Virus record (IMG/VR): IMGVR_UViG_3300030060_002342
Location: 4,416-68,415 of that record
DNA length: 64,000 nucleotides
DNA from: a virus
Reading direction: 5' to 3' (one strand)
Part shown: piece by piece, positions 1 to 10,775 of the stretch
How the letters are laid out: every line of letters begins with the position of its first letter
How positions within the stretch are numbered: position 1 is the first letter of the stretch
Translations under genes and position numbers: made by a program
The notes under the pieces: generated by a model
What the model was told of the DNA's origin: nothing
The model's database searches: none
What the model saw: the letters and a program-made list of their open reading frames with translations, nothing else

Positions 1-12
1 ATTTTGTTAAAC

Positions 13-1263
13 TTATTTTCTCATTTTAACTCGGAGTTTTCGTGAATCATCACCTGTTATAGCTCTTACTTTTATACCACCAGCTTCAACAACATCGGAA
101 TGTGTTTGTCTAGCGGCCATATCAACATTTTTTGCTTTTGCCATGCTTTCTTTCATTGCATCAGCTTTACCTTGTTGATAAAAGTGATTTGCTATAGCGT
201 CTGGATTATTCGCTGTAAACAAAGCTTTGTGATAACCTTGAGGATCAACTAACTGATTCTTTTTATCTAAAAACTTAGATGCAAAGTTGTTAATATCACT
301 TTGGTTATCTTTTACCTTAGCAGCATCTTTGACATTGTATCTAAATCTTTTTTCACCAACCTTAAATTCAAAACCTTTGAATTCATCGTTAAATAACTGA
401 TTAGTTTTATTTTCAAATACTTGTCTTTGTTGTTTAGCTACCTTAGCTGTTTGTTCAGACTCTTCGTTATATCTGTTGAAAAAATCGACAGCTTTCTGCT
501 GATCGGGTGTTAACTTAACTCCACTTTTGATTTCCTCGTAATATTTGGACTTTTGCCCGTCCAAGTGGCTTTTAGCGTTGGCAACTTGCTCTTTAAACGC
601 TAATTTTTTTCTACGAACCTCTCTCTCTTCTTCAACTTCTTCGTCCCATGAATAAAGGTCCTCCATAACAAAACTAATCTCATCATCTGTTAAATGTGGT
701 TTAGTTTGTTTTAAATATTCTCTTATTAAGGTGTTATCATCAAATTTATCAAAATCTTGATTTAACCTTACATAGTCTTCAAGACTACCACCAGTTTCAT
801 TCATAAAGTCTACGACTTTTTGAATATTTCCAGGTAAAGGGTTTGCAGTATCTTGAGCTTCAGCAATAGCTTCTTCAACTTCTTCCTGTAACTCTTCAAC
901 TTTTTCTTCTACTTCTTTCTCTTCTTCATCAGTTATTTCTTCAACAACTGGTGTTTCTTCTTCAACCTCTTCTTTTTTATCTTCTGGTTGTTCATCTTTT
1001 ATTTCTTCAACAACCTCTTCTTTAGGTTCTTCGCTTAAATCAACTTTTGTAACATTGTCTTCTTTTTCTTCAACCTCTTTTGCAGGTTTACTTAAATCAA
1101 CTTTTACTACGTTGTTTTCTTCTTCACCTAATTGTTTCATTTTACGTTTTGGTGGTGTTTTAACTTTTAACGGTTTGTCTTCCACTTTTTCGTCAGAACC
1201 TGCAGGTTTAACAACAGGCACATCTTGTTGTAGTTCTTCAACTACTTCCTTATTTTTAGCCAT
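13..1263 (-). CDS. Putative capsid scaffolding protein
   Basis: 416 aa with a very Glu/Lys-rich N-terminal half and helical C-terminal half; directly downstream of the portal gene. Confidence 0.65.
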   Translation of the reverse strand: MAKNKEVVEELQQDVPVVKPAGSDEKVEDKPLKVKTPPKRKMKQLGEEENNVVKVDLSKPAKEVEEKEDNVTKVDLSEEPKEEVVEEIKDEQPEDKKEEVEEETPVVEEITDEEEKEVEEKVEELQEEVEEAIAEAQDTANPLPGNIQKVVDFMNETGGSLEDYVRLNQDFDKFDDNTLIREYLKQTKPHLTDDEISFVMEDLYSWDEEVEEEREVRRKKLAFKEQVANAKSHLDGQKSKYYEEIKSGVKLTPDQQKAVDFFNRYNEESEQTAKVAKQQRQVFENKTNQLFNDEFKGFEFKVGEKRFRYNVKDAAKVKDNQSDINNFASKFLDKKNQLVDPQGYHKALFTANNPDAIANHFYQQGKADAMKESMAKAKNVDMAARQTHSDVVEAGGIKVRAITGDDSRKLRVKMRK

Positions 1264-1289
1264 AATATAATATTATATAATTAAACAAA

Positions 1290-3722
1290 TTACCTAGGTT
1301 CAAACATGCCTAGATCCATGCCAGCTAGATTATCATTACCAGCTGATTCAAAAGTCTTGGGTGGTTTACCCGTACTTCGTTGATCGATTAACTCAGATTG
1401 CTGACTAGCTTGTATTCTAGTTCTTTCATCTTTACGATCTTCTTTTTCTTTTTCTTTACTCTTCATTCCATCTACTTCCATATTCTTTAATTGCATGTTG
1501 TATTGGAATTCTAATGCCATTAACTCCTTTTTTGCTCTAACTTCACCCATCATCTTACCTTCATCTACTTGAGCTTGAAGTTGTATTAACTGAGACTTTT
1601 GCTGAGTTAAAGCAGCTTGCTTTTGTACTTCAGCTTGAGCGGCTACTTGTTGTGTTTGAGCATTTGCTTGAGCTTGTGATTGAATGTTCTGTTGAGCAAT
1701 CATTTGATCCTCTTTTGATTTTGCTTTTCTACGTAGCTTTAAAACTTGATTAGCTAATTTTAAGTTCTTAATATCTCTTACGTCTATAGCATCTTCAAGA
1801 TGTATACTTTGTTGTTGTAAAGCAGCTTGAATATTATTTTCAAGTAATTGTTTCTCTTCTTCATCTGGTGCTAATTCAATATATATACCAAAGTCATATA
1901 AATGTAGATTAGACATTTCATCTAATGTTGCTACATTATGAGCACCTATTTTCTGTATGAAAGCATCTCTTGCTGGTGAATATTCTATTATATCAGATAT
2001 TCTTAATGAAACACCTTCACATAAATCAGATGTTAAGAATAAACCAGCTTGTAATATATGTCTTGTAGCTGTATTACTATTTGCTGCAGCTATTTTTTGT
2101 ACACCAACTAAAGCGTCTTTTGCAGGAGCACTAGCATCTCTAGCTTCATTTAAACCGGTCACATCTCTTATCATTTGTAAATAATAATTATATGTACCAA
2201 TTAAACTTTGTATTTTACCACCACCGTTACCAGATGTTATTTCTTGTATAGGTACTTTACCAGGGTTCATATCACCATCACCAGTAAATGATCTACCAAT
2301 TATCGAACCAGTTTGGAAGAACATGTTTAGTGCTTCTTGTGGGCTATAATTAGTACCATTACCTAAATCTATTTCAGCTAGTCCATCAGCATCTAAATAA
2401 ACACCGTCTGGAACCATTCTAGATAACACCTGTTGTAGTTTTAAATGAGTTAGCTGTATCATATCAGCAAAACCAGTTATACGTCCTACAAGTGATTCTA
2501 TTTTACCCTTGTATAAACGTGGTGCACATATACTATAGTTCATTTTTACTTTAGTATAATCACTCTTAGGTCTTATCATGTTTTTAGCAATCTCCCATTT
2601 AAGTATTTTATCAGTACCTAAAATCATAGCTCCTTCATATAATACTTCTAGTACTCTTTCTAACTTACCAAATCTAACTTCCATTGCTGCGACTGGTGGA
2701 TCAAACTGATCATCTCTCATTATTATTTTTTCAGCACCAGATGAGGTTTCTTTAACCTTATATACTTCGTTCATGTAAGTTTTGTAGTTAAAGTATAAAA
2801 CTCTTATTTGGTTATGATCAATGTCTTCACCAAGATAAGATGCTTTATCATGTACTCTATTACTTTTGTAAGTTTGACCAGATATATCTTTTAGTTCTTC
2901 TGGTGATAAGTTTGGAAACTCTTTTTTAAGTTCGTTTAAAGGTATTGTTTTTACTTCACCTACATAATATAAATCATCAAAGTATGGTGATTCTGTATAT
3001 GAATAAACAATATTAGCTGGATCAACATATTGTACTTTAACACCTTCTGCCTGAGTAAACGTGTGTTTAACTGCTCCAATACCAAGTGTAACTAAGTCAT
3101 AGTTGACTCTTTTTCTAATTAAATCATATCTATTACCTTCAAGTAAAACGTTTATAGCTTGCTCTTCTGCTAGTTCTACAGCTTGTTTGTATGTAAGCTG
3201 CATGTGTAGTTCTAACTCTTCTTCATCTTGAGGTAGTTTTTCTGGTGGCGTAGATGATAAGCTTATACCAAATGATTCTCTTGACATTTCATCTAGCTCT
3301 CTAGTTCTCATATCAGCTAGTAAGGTTTCCATATACTTTGTTCTTTTACTAACACCATATGGATCTTGTGAAAAAGCTTTTACATCAAAAACTCTTTCTG
3401 ATATACCATTAACTACTATATCTACAAACTTAGGTATAATAGGTACTGGCTTCCAGTCTAGGTTTAAGTAGCTTAAGTCACCATTAATTGATAACTCATC
3501 TTTATATTTTTGTATTGATTGCTCGCCCCTAGCATAAAGTCTCAATTTATGAAAACTACTTTCATTGGTATGAAACTTGTTAAATCCAGTACCAACATCA
3601 AACCATTCTTTTTCAATAGCTTTTCCTATTTCAAGACCATACTCTTCGCTTAGCTTTTCAGCATCGCTTACAGTTTGGCTTGGAAAGTTTGCTTTTATAT
3701 TTGAATCATTTCGAGTTCCCAT
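1290..3722 (-). CDS. Portal protein
   Basis: 810 aa directly after TerL; NLDWKPVPIIPKFVDIVVNG and IRDVTGLNEARD segments; Gln/Ala-rich C-terminal coiled coil typical of podovirus portals. Confidence 0.85.
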   Translation of the reverse strand: MGTRNDSNIKANFPSQTVSDAEKLSEEYGLEIGKAIEKEWFDVGTGFNKFHTNESSFHKLRLYARGEQSIQKYKDELSINGDLSYLNLDWKPVPIIPKFVDIVVNGISERVFDVKAFSQDPYGVSKRTKYMETLLADMRTRELDEMSRESFGISLSSTPPEKLPQDEEELELHMQLTYKQAVELAEEQAINVLLEGNRYDLIRKRVNYDLVTLGIGAVKHTFTQAEGVKVQYVDPANIVYSYTESPYFDDLYYVGEVKTIPLNELKKEFPNLSPEELKDISGQTYKSNRVHDKASYLGEDIDHNQIRVLYFNYKTYMNEVYKVKETSSGAEKIIMRDDQFDPPVAAMEVRFGKLERVLEVLYEGAMILGTDKILKWEIAKNMIRPKSDYTKVKMNYSICAPRLYKGKIESLVGRITGFADMIQLTHLKLQQVLSRMVPDGVYLDADGLAEIDLGNGTNYSPQEALNMFFQTGSIIGRSFTGDGDMNPGKVPIQEITSGNGGGKIQSLIGTYNYYLQMIRDVTGLNEARDASAPAKDALVGVQKIAAANSNTATRHILQAGLFLTSDLCEGVSLRISDIIEYSPARDAFIQKIGAHNVATLDEMSNLHLYDFGIYIELAPDEEEKQLLENNIQAALQQQSIHLEDAIDVRDIKNLKLANQVLKLRRKAKSKEDQMIAQQNIQSQAQANAQTQQVAAQAEVQKQAALTQQKSQLIQLQAQVDEGKMMGEVRAKKELMALEFQYNMQLKNMEVDGMKSKEKEKEDRKDERTRIQASQQSELIDQRSTGKPPKTFESAGNDNLAGMDLGMFEPR

Positions 3723-3723
3723 A

Positions 3724-5934
3724 TTAATCTATTATTGTTGATCTCATGCCAGATTGTTTATATCTAGCAAAATTTATGTTTAATTTTTGTTTTTCCACGT
3801 TAGCGCTTGGGTTGTATAAATGTCTATTACAAGCCATTACAGCTAATCCACTACTTATTGTAGCATCGTACTTTGTTCTATTGTTTATATCAAATTTAGC
3901 CCAGTCATTTAATGTTTCATTGAAATACATATTACCGTTTGAACCATCGGGTTTAGTACCTACGTTTTGCTGTATGTACATTTCAATTGCTGCAGCGTGA
4001 GCTTGTTTTATATCTTCGCTAGAGTTTGGTATACCACCTATTTCTTTTTCAGCAACAGATAGTTTGTTCCATAATTTATCAGGTCTGTTCATTGAGTAAC
4101 CTCTATAACCTCTACGTTTAAAATAATATAACAGTCTTGGTTTATTGTTCTCTGCTAATAGTGGCATACCATAAAATATGCAAGCCATTAACACATCTTC
4201 AAAAAATATCTCTGCAGTTTGTGGTCTAGCTATATATTCTAAAAAGAAATGATTAGGTGGACAATCTTCCATGCTAAACTTAGTTAAACCATGTAAAGAA
4301 CCTTTAGATCCTTTACCATCAACTGTGCCTGATATATCGTAACTATCACAACCTAAAGCACCCATGTGCTCGTTACCAGGATGTTTTCTATTATTCTTTA
4401 ATGTAATTTTGTTTTGTAAATGAACTGGTGGTGTCCAGGTAACTTTAAATCTACCTTTTTGATCTGGATAAAACATTACTGTTGAATCCTTAACACCGTT
4501 GAGCCATTGAAAATTACCTACGGATATACCGTTATTAGCCTCTTCATTAAAATCTATCTGCTCGTATATCTTAACTAAATTAAATATACTATTTTTAGTT
4601 TCATCTCTGAAAGCATGTTCTTCAGTTCTTGGAAACTGTCTATAAAATTCGTTTAACGCATCTTGATCGTTACGTAAACCATCTGCTTCGTTTTGCCAGT
4701 GATCTATTACACCTATATCAATCCAATCACCATATGGTCCTTTTACTTCTTCTTCAGGTGTTTCAAAAACAGGTATACCATATTCATCAATAAATCCTTC
4801 ATAGTTCCACTCCATTGGTATAAAAAGACTGTATAAACCAGAATTAGTTTGGCCATTACGGTTTCGTTTATTAACATCTGAATCATAGAACAACTTTTTA
4901 AACTCAGCACCACCCTTGTCTAGAGCGTTACTTGTTGAACCCATCATACACTTGCCAATAATTCTACTACCTAACCTTAATGTAGTTTTAGTTACACGCC
5001 AGTTATTTAATATGTTATTTGGTCTTTCCCATTTACCACTTTCGTCGTGTACTAATAGTTTTAGTTTTTCACCATCATAACTATTATCACCTGTATTTTT
5101 CCAGTCTATCGTTGTATCAAGACCCGTAAGTTCTTCTGGCCTATCATCTACACTTGTTATCTTTCTTCTAGTTAATTTTGTAGCAGGTACTCTATACGCT
5201 AGCTCTGTTTTAGGTCGATCCATACCGTCTTGGATCGGTTTAAAAAAGAAAGGATAATTAACTGATATTGGTACTACTTTATCAGTAAACATCTTTTTCG
5301 CATCAGGACCAGACTTTGATAATATACCAAACCTAGCGTCACTTGATATTGTTGCCATGTTTACTGTTTCACCAGATGCCATAAAGGAGAAACCAGATCG
5401 TCTATTCTTGAGATAACACATGCCATAACATCGCTTATCTGCCTTGCAAGCTTCCCAGAATATATAGAATAACCTGTTTGCTTCTCTAAAATCTGGATTA
5501 CCAACATCAATTTTTGACCATTGGAGATACATATAATGAGTACCAGTAATATAAGTCGGAACACCTTTGTTGTAAAACCAAAACCCGTTTTCTCTTTTTG
5601 TAAACTCATTTTCTATGTAGTCTACATATTTGTTTTTAAAGTCTTTCGGGTATTCACGCCAATCAAAAATAGTTTTAATTCTTTTTAGCTCTTTTGGGTA
5701 CTCGGTAACTTGCCACTTATTTTTCTTAAACTTATGTATTTCTTTTGGCTCTTTTGGCAAAGCTATTTTCAAACCTTGTATGCTATACACATCGCCGATC
5801 GTACCGTTCTTGCTTATAACAACTACATCATGTTCTTTGTTATAACCATATTCCCACTTCTTAGACTTGTTAAGTCTTTTAATAGTGTTTATTTTAATAG
5901 GCTTTACAACCTCATATAATGTTTGATTATACAT
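3724..5934 (-). CDS. terL: Terminase large subunit
   Basis: Walker A-like KNRRSGFS, Walker B LLVHDESGKW, motif III MGSTSN, and a C-terminal RNase H-like nuclease (GCDSYD ... KYDATIS). Confidence 0.9.
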   Translation of the reverse strand: MYNQTLYEVVKPIKINTIKRLNKSKKWEYGYNKEHDVVVISKNGTIGDVYSIQGLKIALPKEPKEIHKFKKNKWQVTEYPKELKRIKTIFDWREYPKDFKNKYVDYIENEFTKRENGFWFYNKGVPTYITGTHYMYLQWSKIDVGNPDFREANRLFYIFWEACKADKRCYGMCYLKNRRSGFSFMASGETVNMATISSDARFGILSKSGPDAKKMFTDKVVPISVNYPFFFKPIQDGMDRPKTELAYRVPATKLTRRKITSVDDRPEELTGLDTTIDWKNTGDNSYDGEKLKLLVHDESGKWERPNNILNNWRVTKTTLRLGSRIIGKCMMGSTSNALDKGGAEFKKLFYDSDVNKRNRNGQTNSGLYSLFIPMEWNYEGFIDEYGIPVFETPEEEVKGPYGDWIDIGVIDHWQNEADGLRNDQDALNEFYRQFPRTEEHAFRDETKNSIFNLVKIYEQIDFNEEANNGISVGNFQWLNGVKDSTVMFYPDQKGRFKVTWTPPVHLQNKITLKNNRKHPGNEHMGALGCDSYDISGTVDGKGSKGSLHGLTKFSMEDCPPNHFFLEYIARPQTAEIFFEDVLMACIFYGMPLLAENNKPRLLYYFKRRGYRGYSMNRPDKLWNKLSVAEKEIGGIPNSSEDIKQAHAAAIEMYIQQNVGTKPDGSNGNMYFNETLNDWAKFDINNRTKYDATISSGLAVMACNRHLYNPSANVEKQKLNINFARYKQSGMRSTIID

Positions 5935-6209
5935 TACTTAGATCTTTTTTCAGCAAAACCAGAAAAAGATTGTTTTTCTTCTTCTTGTCTTACAACACCA
6001 TCAAGCATATCTTGTTCTGCTTGTATTCTATTAAGTATTTCAAAAGCATCGAATATAGCTAGCTTTTTTGTTGCAGCTGCGTTTTTTAATCTATCAGCAC
6101 TTATATCGTCGTCACTATCAACTATAGGTTCTTTAGCTACTTTTACTAATTCTTCTACAGCTTTATAACCAGCTTGGATTATATTCTTCTTCCTGTCCTT
6201 TGTATTCAT
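5934..6209 (-). CDS. Putative terminase small subunit
   Basis: 91-aa helical protein immediately upstream of TerL. Confidence 0.5.
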   Translation of the reverse strand: MNTKDRKKNIIQAGYKAVEELVKVAKEPIVDSDDDISADRLKNAAATKKLAIFDAFEILNRIQAEQDMLDGVVRQEEEKQSFSGFAEKRSK

Positions 6210-6744
6210 ATTGAATTGTAATAAATTTTGATAATACTCTATATAGTCTTTCGTTATCTATAATAAACTCATACTCACCGTTTGGTTTAAAACCAACTAA
6301 CGATCCTTTTTTAACAGTACCATCACTATGCTTTACAATACCCATTAAGGGTTCTTCTTTTTGAACACTAAGATTATTGTATGGTTTTATAGGTTTTATA
6401 AAACAATATCCTTGTAGAGGTTTCCAAACATTATTTCTTTTGTAAGCAAATATTTGATCTTCAAAAACAAAATACATATCATCTTTGTAATATGATTTAC
6501 TATTCTTTTCAACACCTCTAATATCTTTCCAGCGTCTAAAAACATTATGATGTACTATAACAGTATCACCTTTTTTTAATGTAGTTTTTTCAGCTACAGG
6601 TAAACCTACTATAATAGCTTCTCTGTTAACATGTTTATGTTGATAGTTGTCGCTATTTATTATTAGCTCCTTACCATCAACATCAACAGTGTTATTATAA
6701 CGTTTGCCCTTAGGCTTTATTATATAAGTAAATACAGACTTCAC
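6163..6744 (-). CDS. GroES-like co-chaperonin, apparently two tandem domains
   Basis: Two GroES-like beta units: LKKGDTVIVHHN...YFVFEDQIFAY and VKKGSLVGFKP..EYEFIIDNERLYRV. Confidence 0.6.
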   Translation of the reverse strand: MKSVFTYIIKPKGKRYNNTVDVDGKELIINSDNYQHKHVNREAIIVGLPVAEKTTLKKGDTVIVHHNVFRRWKDIRGVEKNSKSYYKDDMYFVFEDQIFAYKRNNVWKPLQGYCFIKPIKPYNNLSVQKEEPLMGIVKHSDGTVKKGSLVGFKPNGEYEFIIDNERLYRVLSKFITIQYEYKGQEEEYNPSWL

Positions 6745-6965
6745 TAATACTCTAAATTGTATTCTATAGCTATAGCCATATTTTTATTAAAATCTTTCCA
6801 TGGTAATACATCATTACCTTTTTTAATAAATATGCTAAACTTATCGTCTACTTCTATTATAGAATCTATAGTATGACCACCATAAACCTCTTGGCCTACT
6901 GAGTAGTGCATAGCTTCGTTCTTATAGTCTTTACCTATGCTAATCTTTCTTATTAACGTCTCCAT
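6744..6965 (-). CDS. Hypothetical protein
   Basis: 73-aa ORF overlapping both neighbours in the operon. Confidence 0.7.
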   Translation of the reverse strand: METLIRKISIGKDYKNEAMHYSVGQEVYGGHTIDSIIEVDDKFSIFIKKGNDVLPWKDFNKNMAIAIEYNLEY

Positions 6966-7188
6966 CTCTTTCAGTTATTGTTCCATCTTGTATACTGACG
7001 TTAACTGGACCATACTTCTTCTCTAAGTCTTGCTGAGCAACAATTACTTGTTGTCTTAAAACTTTAGCAGCGTCTACAGTCTCTGACTTCTGTAACTCTA
7101 ATACACCGATTTGAATTTGAGTTTGATTTAATTTACCTAACAAACCTCTTAGGTTGTCAAGTTCTTTTTTTGCTATTTTTTTTGCCAT
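6940..7188 (-). CDS. Coiled-coil hypothetical protein
   Basis: 82-aa ORF preceded by a class II promoter-like motif. Confidence 0.7.
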   Translation of the reverse strand: MAKKIAKKELDNLRGLLGKLNQTQIQIGVLELQKSETVDAAKVLRQQVIVAQQDLEKKYGPVNVSIQDGTITERDGDVNKKD

Positions 7189-7213
7189 TTTATTTAATTT
7201 TATTTCACTTTTA

Positions 7214-7225
7214 TATTATCACGCA
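7214..7225 (-). promoter_or_regulatory. Class II (middle/late) promoter-like motif TGCGTGATAATA
   Basis: One of six intergenic copies of YRNGTRAYWATW just upstream of gene starts. Confidence 0.5.
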
Positions 7226-7238
7226 ATTGTCACGCTTT

Positions 7239-8150
7239 TTACTTCTTTGCTGGCCTATCATCAATAAACCAATTTTTATAAGGTTCTCTCTTTTTTAGTA
7301 TATAATCTAAATAAGCATCAACCTTTTTCTTCCAGTCTTTATCTACAGCTGGATTTATAATACCTGATTTAGGTGAAGAAAACGTTTTGTTTATATACTC
7401 TTTTGCAATATTCTGATTATAAAACAACCAGTTGTTTATACAGTAAAAAGATCCTCTCTGTATATTTTGCCAAACATCTATTGGTGTTGTATATTTTCCT
7501 AATACTGTAGCGTATGCACAACTTTCACTTATATGTGTCGTGTAAACGTTTTTAGCTTTTTGTAAGTAATAATACATATCAGCGTGTCTAGGTAGTATAC
7601 ACTCTTCACCAAAAAAGTCTTTTAACTCACCTATTATTTGATGAGTTGTTATTGGATGTGGTTTAAAATAAACGTTATCACCGTGTTGTTTTTTAATCCA
7701 CTTTAATCTATTCAAACATACGTTTTCTCTAACTTTGTTTGAACCAGGTAATATAACTAAATTATCTTTAGCTGGGTATTTACCTGTAACATCCTCTCTG
7801 TCTTCGTACTTATTGCTTTTAGCATTAACTACTTTATCTATTAAATAACCTGCATAATCTACAACAGGAAACCTTAGATCTTTAACATCGTCAAACCAAG
7901 CGTCCATCATCTGTTCGTTTCTTAGTTTATAGTTGAGAGGTTGTAAATAAAAACTACCAGCATATTCTGTATAAGCTAGTGTTCTAAAGTGTGGCATTTC
8001 TTCTGCCATAACATCGTATGAGCATTTAACTCCTGCCTCACTACATCTTCTTATTACATAACCTTCAACTTGCTCAAGATCATATAAGTCTTTTGATTTT
8101 TTTAAAGGACCTATTCTACCGTCTAGTTCCTTTTTATTAAACATTTCCAT
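7239..8150 (-). CDS. Putative GT-B CMP-ulosonate (Kdo/sialic acid) transferase, KpsS/Capsule_synth-like
   Basis: YFKPHP motif followed by L..AKNVYT.HISES..YA.VLGK, resembling the C-terminal HP-motif domain of KpsC/KpsS and bacterial sialyltransferases. Confidence 0.55.
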   Translation of the reverse strand: MEMFNKKELDGRIGPLKKSKDLYDLEQVEGYVIRRCSEAGVKCSYDVMAEEMPHFRTLAYTEYAGSFYLQPLNYKLRNEQMMDAWFDDVKDLRFPVVDYAGYLIDKVVNAKSNKYEDREDVTGKYPAKDNLVILPGSNKVRENVCLNRLKWIKKQHGDNVYFKPHPITTHQIIGELKDFFGEECILPRHADMYYYLQKAKNVYTTHISESCAYATVLGKYTTPIDVWQNIQRGSFYCINNWLFYNQNIAKEYINKTFSSPKSGIINPAVDKDWKKKVDAYLDYILKKREPYKNWFIDDRPAKK

Positions 8151-8178
8151 ATAATTAAATTTAAATTTCTAGTATTTT

Positions 8179-8190
8179 TATAGTTACACG
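8179..8190 (-). promoter_or_regulatory. Class II promoter-like motif CGTGTAACTATA
   Basis: Intergenic copy upstream of the 8150 start. Confidence 0.5.
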
Positions 8191-8203
8191 TTTTTACACT
8201 TTT

Positions 8204-10267
8204 CTACCTACCCGAGCTAAATGGCTGCTCTCCAAGTTGACCAGCTTTTGTAGAAGGGTCATACCATGTTGTATTAGTCGCTGTAGTTGTGTTAAACGTA
8301 GTACTAAACGTTGTTATAGTATTAAACACTGTTAACGTTGTTGTATTAAACGTCGTTAGTGTACTAGTATTAAACGTAGTTGTTGTACTAGTTGAAGTAC
8401 TTGTGTTAAAAGTAGTCAACGTACTTGTGTTAAATGTTGTTGTAGTACTTGTACTAGTATTGAATGTAGTTAACGTGCTTGTATTGAAAGTAGTAACCGT
8501 TATTGTACTAGTATTAAATGTAGTACTTGTGGTATAATCAGTCTGTGTTAACCTTTGCTCTATGGTATTCTTGTTAGTACTATATTCTGTTGTTGTTTCT
8601 TTGCTGGTACTAAAAGTTGTAGTATATACAGTAGTAGTAGTAGTACTAGTATTAAACGTTGTAGTAGTTTGTGTTGATCTAGTAGTATTAAACGTTGTTA
8701 AGGTACTAGTGTTATACACAGTTATAGTTGTTCTAGTGGTATTAAAAGTTGTAGTTACATTTATAGGTGTAGTATTAAGCGTATTTCTTTGTGTCTCATA
8801 CGTTGTGTTTGTACCTCTAACCGTACTAGTACTTCTTGATTCAGCTGTGGCTCTTATTGTAGCAAAAGTAGTTCCTATAGTTGTATTAAACACAGTAACC
8901 GTAGATGTGTTAAATGTTGTAGTAGTAGTTTTGCTAGTATTAAATGTTGTAACTGTACTCTTAGATGTACTTACAACTGTAGATGTTCCTATACTTGTAG
9001 GTACTGTTGTGCCAAAACTAGTTGTTGTGTTTGTAGATGTATTAAACACCGTGGTTGTAGTATGGTTTGTTGCAAAAGTTGTACTAGTTTGTTTTGTAGT
9101 TGCAAACGTTGTTGTAAAGCTAGTTGTTGTAGATTTACTTGTATTATACTGAGTAATAGTTAAAGTACTTGTATTAAAAGTAGTTGTAGTACTCTTAGTA
9201 GTGTTAAACGTGGTACTAGTTGTATAAAGAGTTTGCGTTGATCTTTGCTCCGTTGTAGACTTAGTTGTTGCAAAAGTAGTAGTTCTACTTGTTAAAGTTT
9301 GCTTACTAGTATTAAAAGTTGTGACAGTAGCTGTACTAGTGTTAAATGCTGTTATAGTTCCAAATACAGTTACAGTACTTGTATTAAAAGTTGTTGTTCT
9401 AGCTGTAGAAAACGTAGTAGTAGTTGATCTGTTTGTAGTTCTACTAGTATTAAACGTTGTTGTTGTAGTATACGTGGTTTGAGTTAATCTTTGTTCAGTA
9501 GTACTTTTAGTTGTATTAAACGTTGTTGTCGTAGTAAACTCCGTTGTAGTTGTTGTATTAAATACAGTAAGTGTAGTTGTGGTTGTATTAAACGTTGTTG
9601 TGGTTGTATACGTAGTAGTTGTATTTCTTTGCTCTATTGTATTTCTATTAGTAGCAAATGTGGTAACAGTATTTTTATTTGTAGATATAGTTGTAGTTCT
9701 ACTAGTTAATGTAGACCTACTAGTATTAAAAGTAGTAGTAGTAGCAAATATTGTACTAGTGTTTCTACTTTCAAGTGTGTTTCTTGAGGTTTGTGTCGTT
9801 CTACTTTCAGCTGTGTTTCTTGATGTACCTGTGTTTCTAGTTTCAAGTGTACTTCTAGTTGTACCTCTTGATGTTGTAGTACCAAATGTGGTTGTTGTAT
9901 TTTTATCAGTAATTTTCTGAGTAGCAAACGTCGTAGTTGTGTTTCTTTGCTCTGTTGTTCCTCTTGATGTTATAGTGTTAAAAGAAGTAACAGAGTTACG
10001 ATTAGTTTCTATTGATGTGCCAAATGTTGTAGTAGTGTCAAATAAAGTAGTTCTACTAGTATTAAACGTAGTATTTCTACTAGTATTAAACGTGGTAACT
10101 CTATCAGTATTATACGTAGTATTAAAGCTAGTTGTTGTAGAGTACACCGTAGTAGTATTTCTACTTTCACCAGTAACGTTACTAGTATTTTCAACGTACT
10201 GTGTTATTGTAGCAAACGCAGTCGAAGTATTAAATACAGTAAGTGTAGCAGTACTAGTATTAGGCAT
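8204..10267 (-). CDS. Thr-rich repetitive (mucin-like/beta-solenoid) putative virion protein 1
   Basis: 687 aa made almost entirely of T/S/N/F/R repeats such as TTTFNTS and TTFAT; synonymous codons vary between repeats, so it is coding. Confidence 0.75.
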   Translation of the reverse strand: MPNTSTATLTVFNTSTAFATITQYVENTSNVTGESRNTTTVYSTTTSFNTTYNTDRVTTFNTSRNTTFNTSRTTLFDTTTTFGTSIETNRNSVTSFNTITSRGTTEQRNTTTTFATQKITDKNTTTTFGTTTSRGTTRSTLETRNTGTSRNTAESRTTQTSRNTLESRNTSTIFATTTTFNTSRSTLTSRTTTISTNKNTVTTFATNRNTIEQRNTTTTYTTTTTFNTTTTTLTVFNTTTTTEFTTTTTFNTTKSTTEQRLTQTTYTTTTTFNTSRTTNRSTTTTFSTARTTTFNTSTVTVFGTITAFNTSTATVTTFNTSKQTLTSRTTTFATTKSTTEQRSTQTLYTTSTTFNTTKSTTTTFNTSTLTITQYNTSKSTTTSFTTTFATTKQTSTTFATNHTTTTVFNTSTNTTTSFGTTVPTSIGTSTVVSTSKSTVTTFNTSKTTTTTFNTSTVTVFNTTIGTTFATIRATAESRSTSTVRGTNTTYETQRNTLNTTPINVTTTFNTTRTTITVYNTSTLTTFNTTRSTQTTTTFNTSTTTTTVYTTTFSTSKETTTEYSTNKNTIEQRLTQTDYTTSTTFNTSTITVTTFNTSTLTTFNTSTSTTTTFNTSTLTTFNTSTSTSTTTTFNTSTLTTFNTTTLTVFNTITTFSTTFNTTTATNTTWYDPSTKAGQLGEQPFSSGR

Positions 10268-10775
10268 GTCTTATAATTTTATTTGTTAGTGGCCAAATCA
10301 TTACACCATCATCTTTTAACTGAGGTGTATATAGGTTTGTCATTTTATTTGGCGTAATATCATCTACGTCTCCATAATATTCTAATATAATTAAATCATA
10401 TTTTTTAGTTCCACTATAAGCTTCACAATCTGAAGTTGATATTATATTTATATCTTCATGTAAATAATCTACATATTCAACTAACTCAGGATCATCTTCA
10501 ACAACATCTATAGTAGTATAGTTTTTATTTTGTCTTATGTACTCTGGTATAAGACCTAGGCCTAGCCCGATAACTAAAACATCACCATACACTAAATTGT
10601 TAAAACAAGTGTTATAATTACAACCATCACAATCATTAAAATAACCTATAAGACAAGCTGTAAAGTTTTCATAGCCGCCATACCTATTTTTATATTCGAG
10701 TATAGAATATCCGTAGGGTTTGGTTACCTTAAAATTTGTTGCATCAATAACACTTAAGTATTCTTCGTTTATCAT
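10260..10775 (-). CDS. Class I SAM-dependent methyltransferase (spermidine-synthase-like motif I)
   Basis: GDVLVIGLGLG, IDVVEDDPEL, KYDLIILE. Confidence 0.75.
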   Translation of the reverse strand: MINEEYLSVIDATNFKVTKPYGYSILEYKNRYGGYENFTACLIGYFNDCDGCNYNTCFNNLVYGDVLVIGLGLGLIPEYIRQNKNYTTIDVVEDDPELVEYVDYLHEDINIISTSDCEAYSGTKKYDLIILEYYGDVDDITPNKMTNLYTPQLKDDGVMIWPLTNKIIRHA

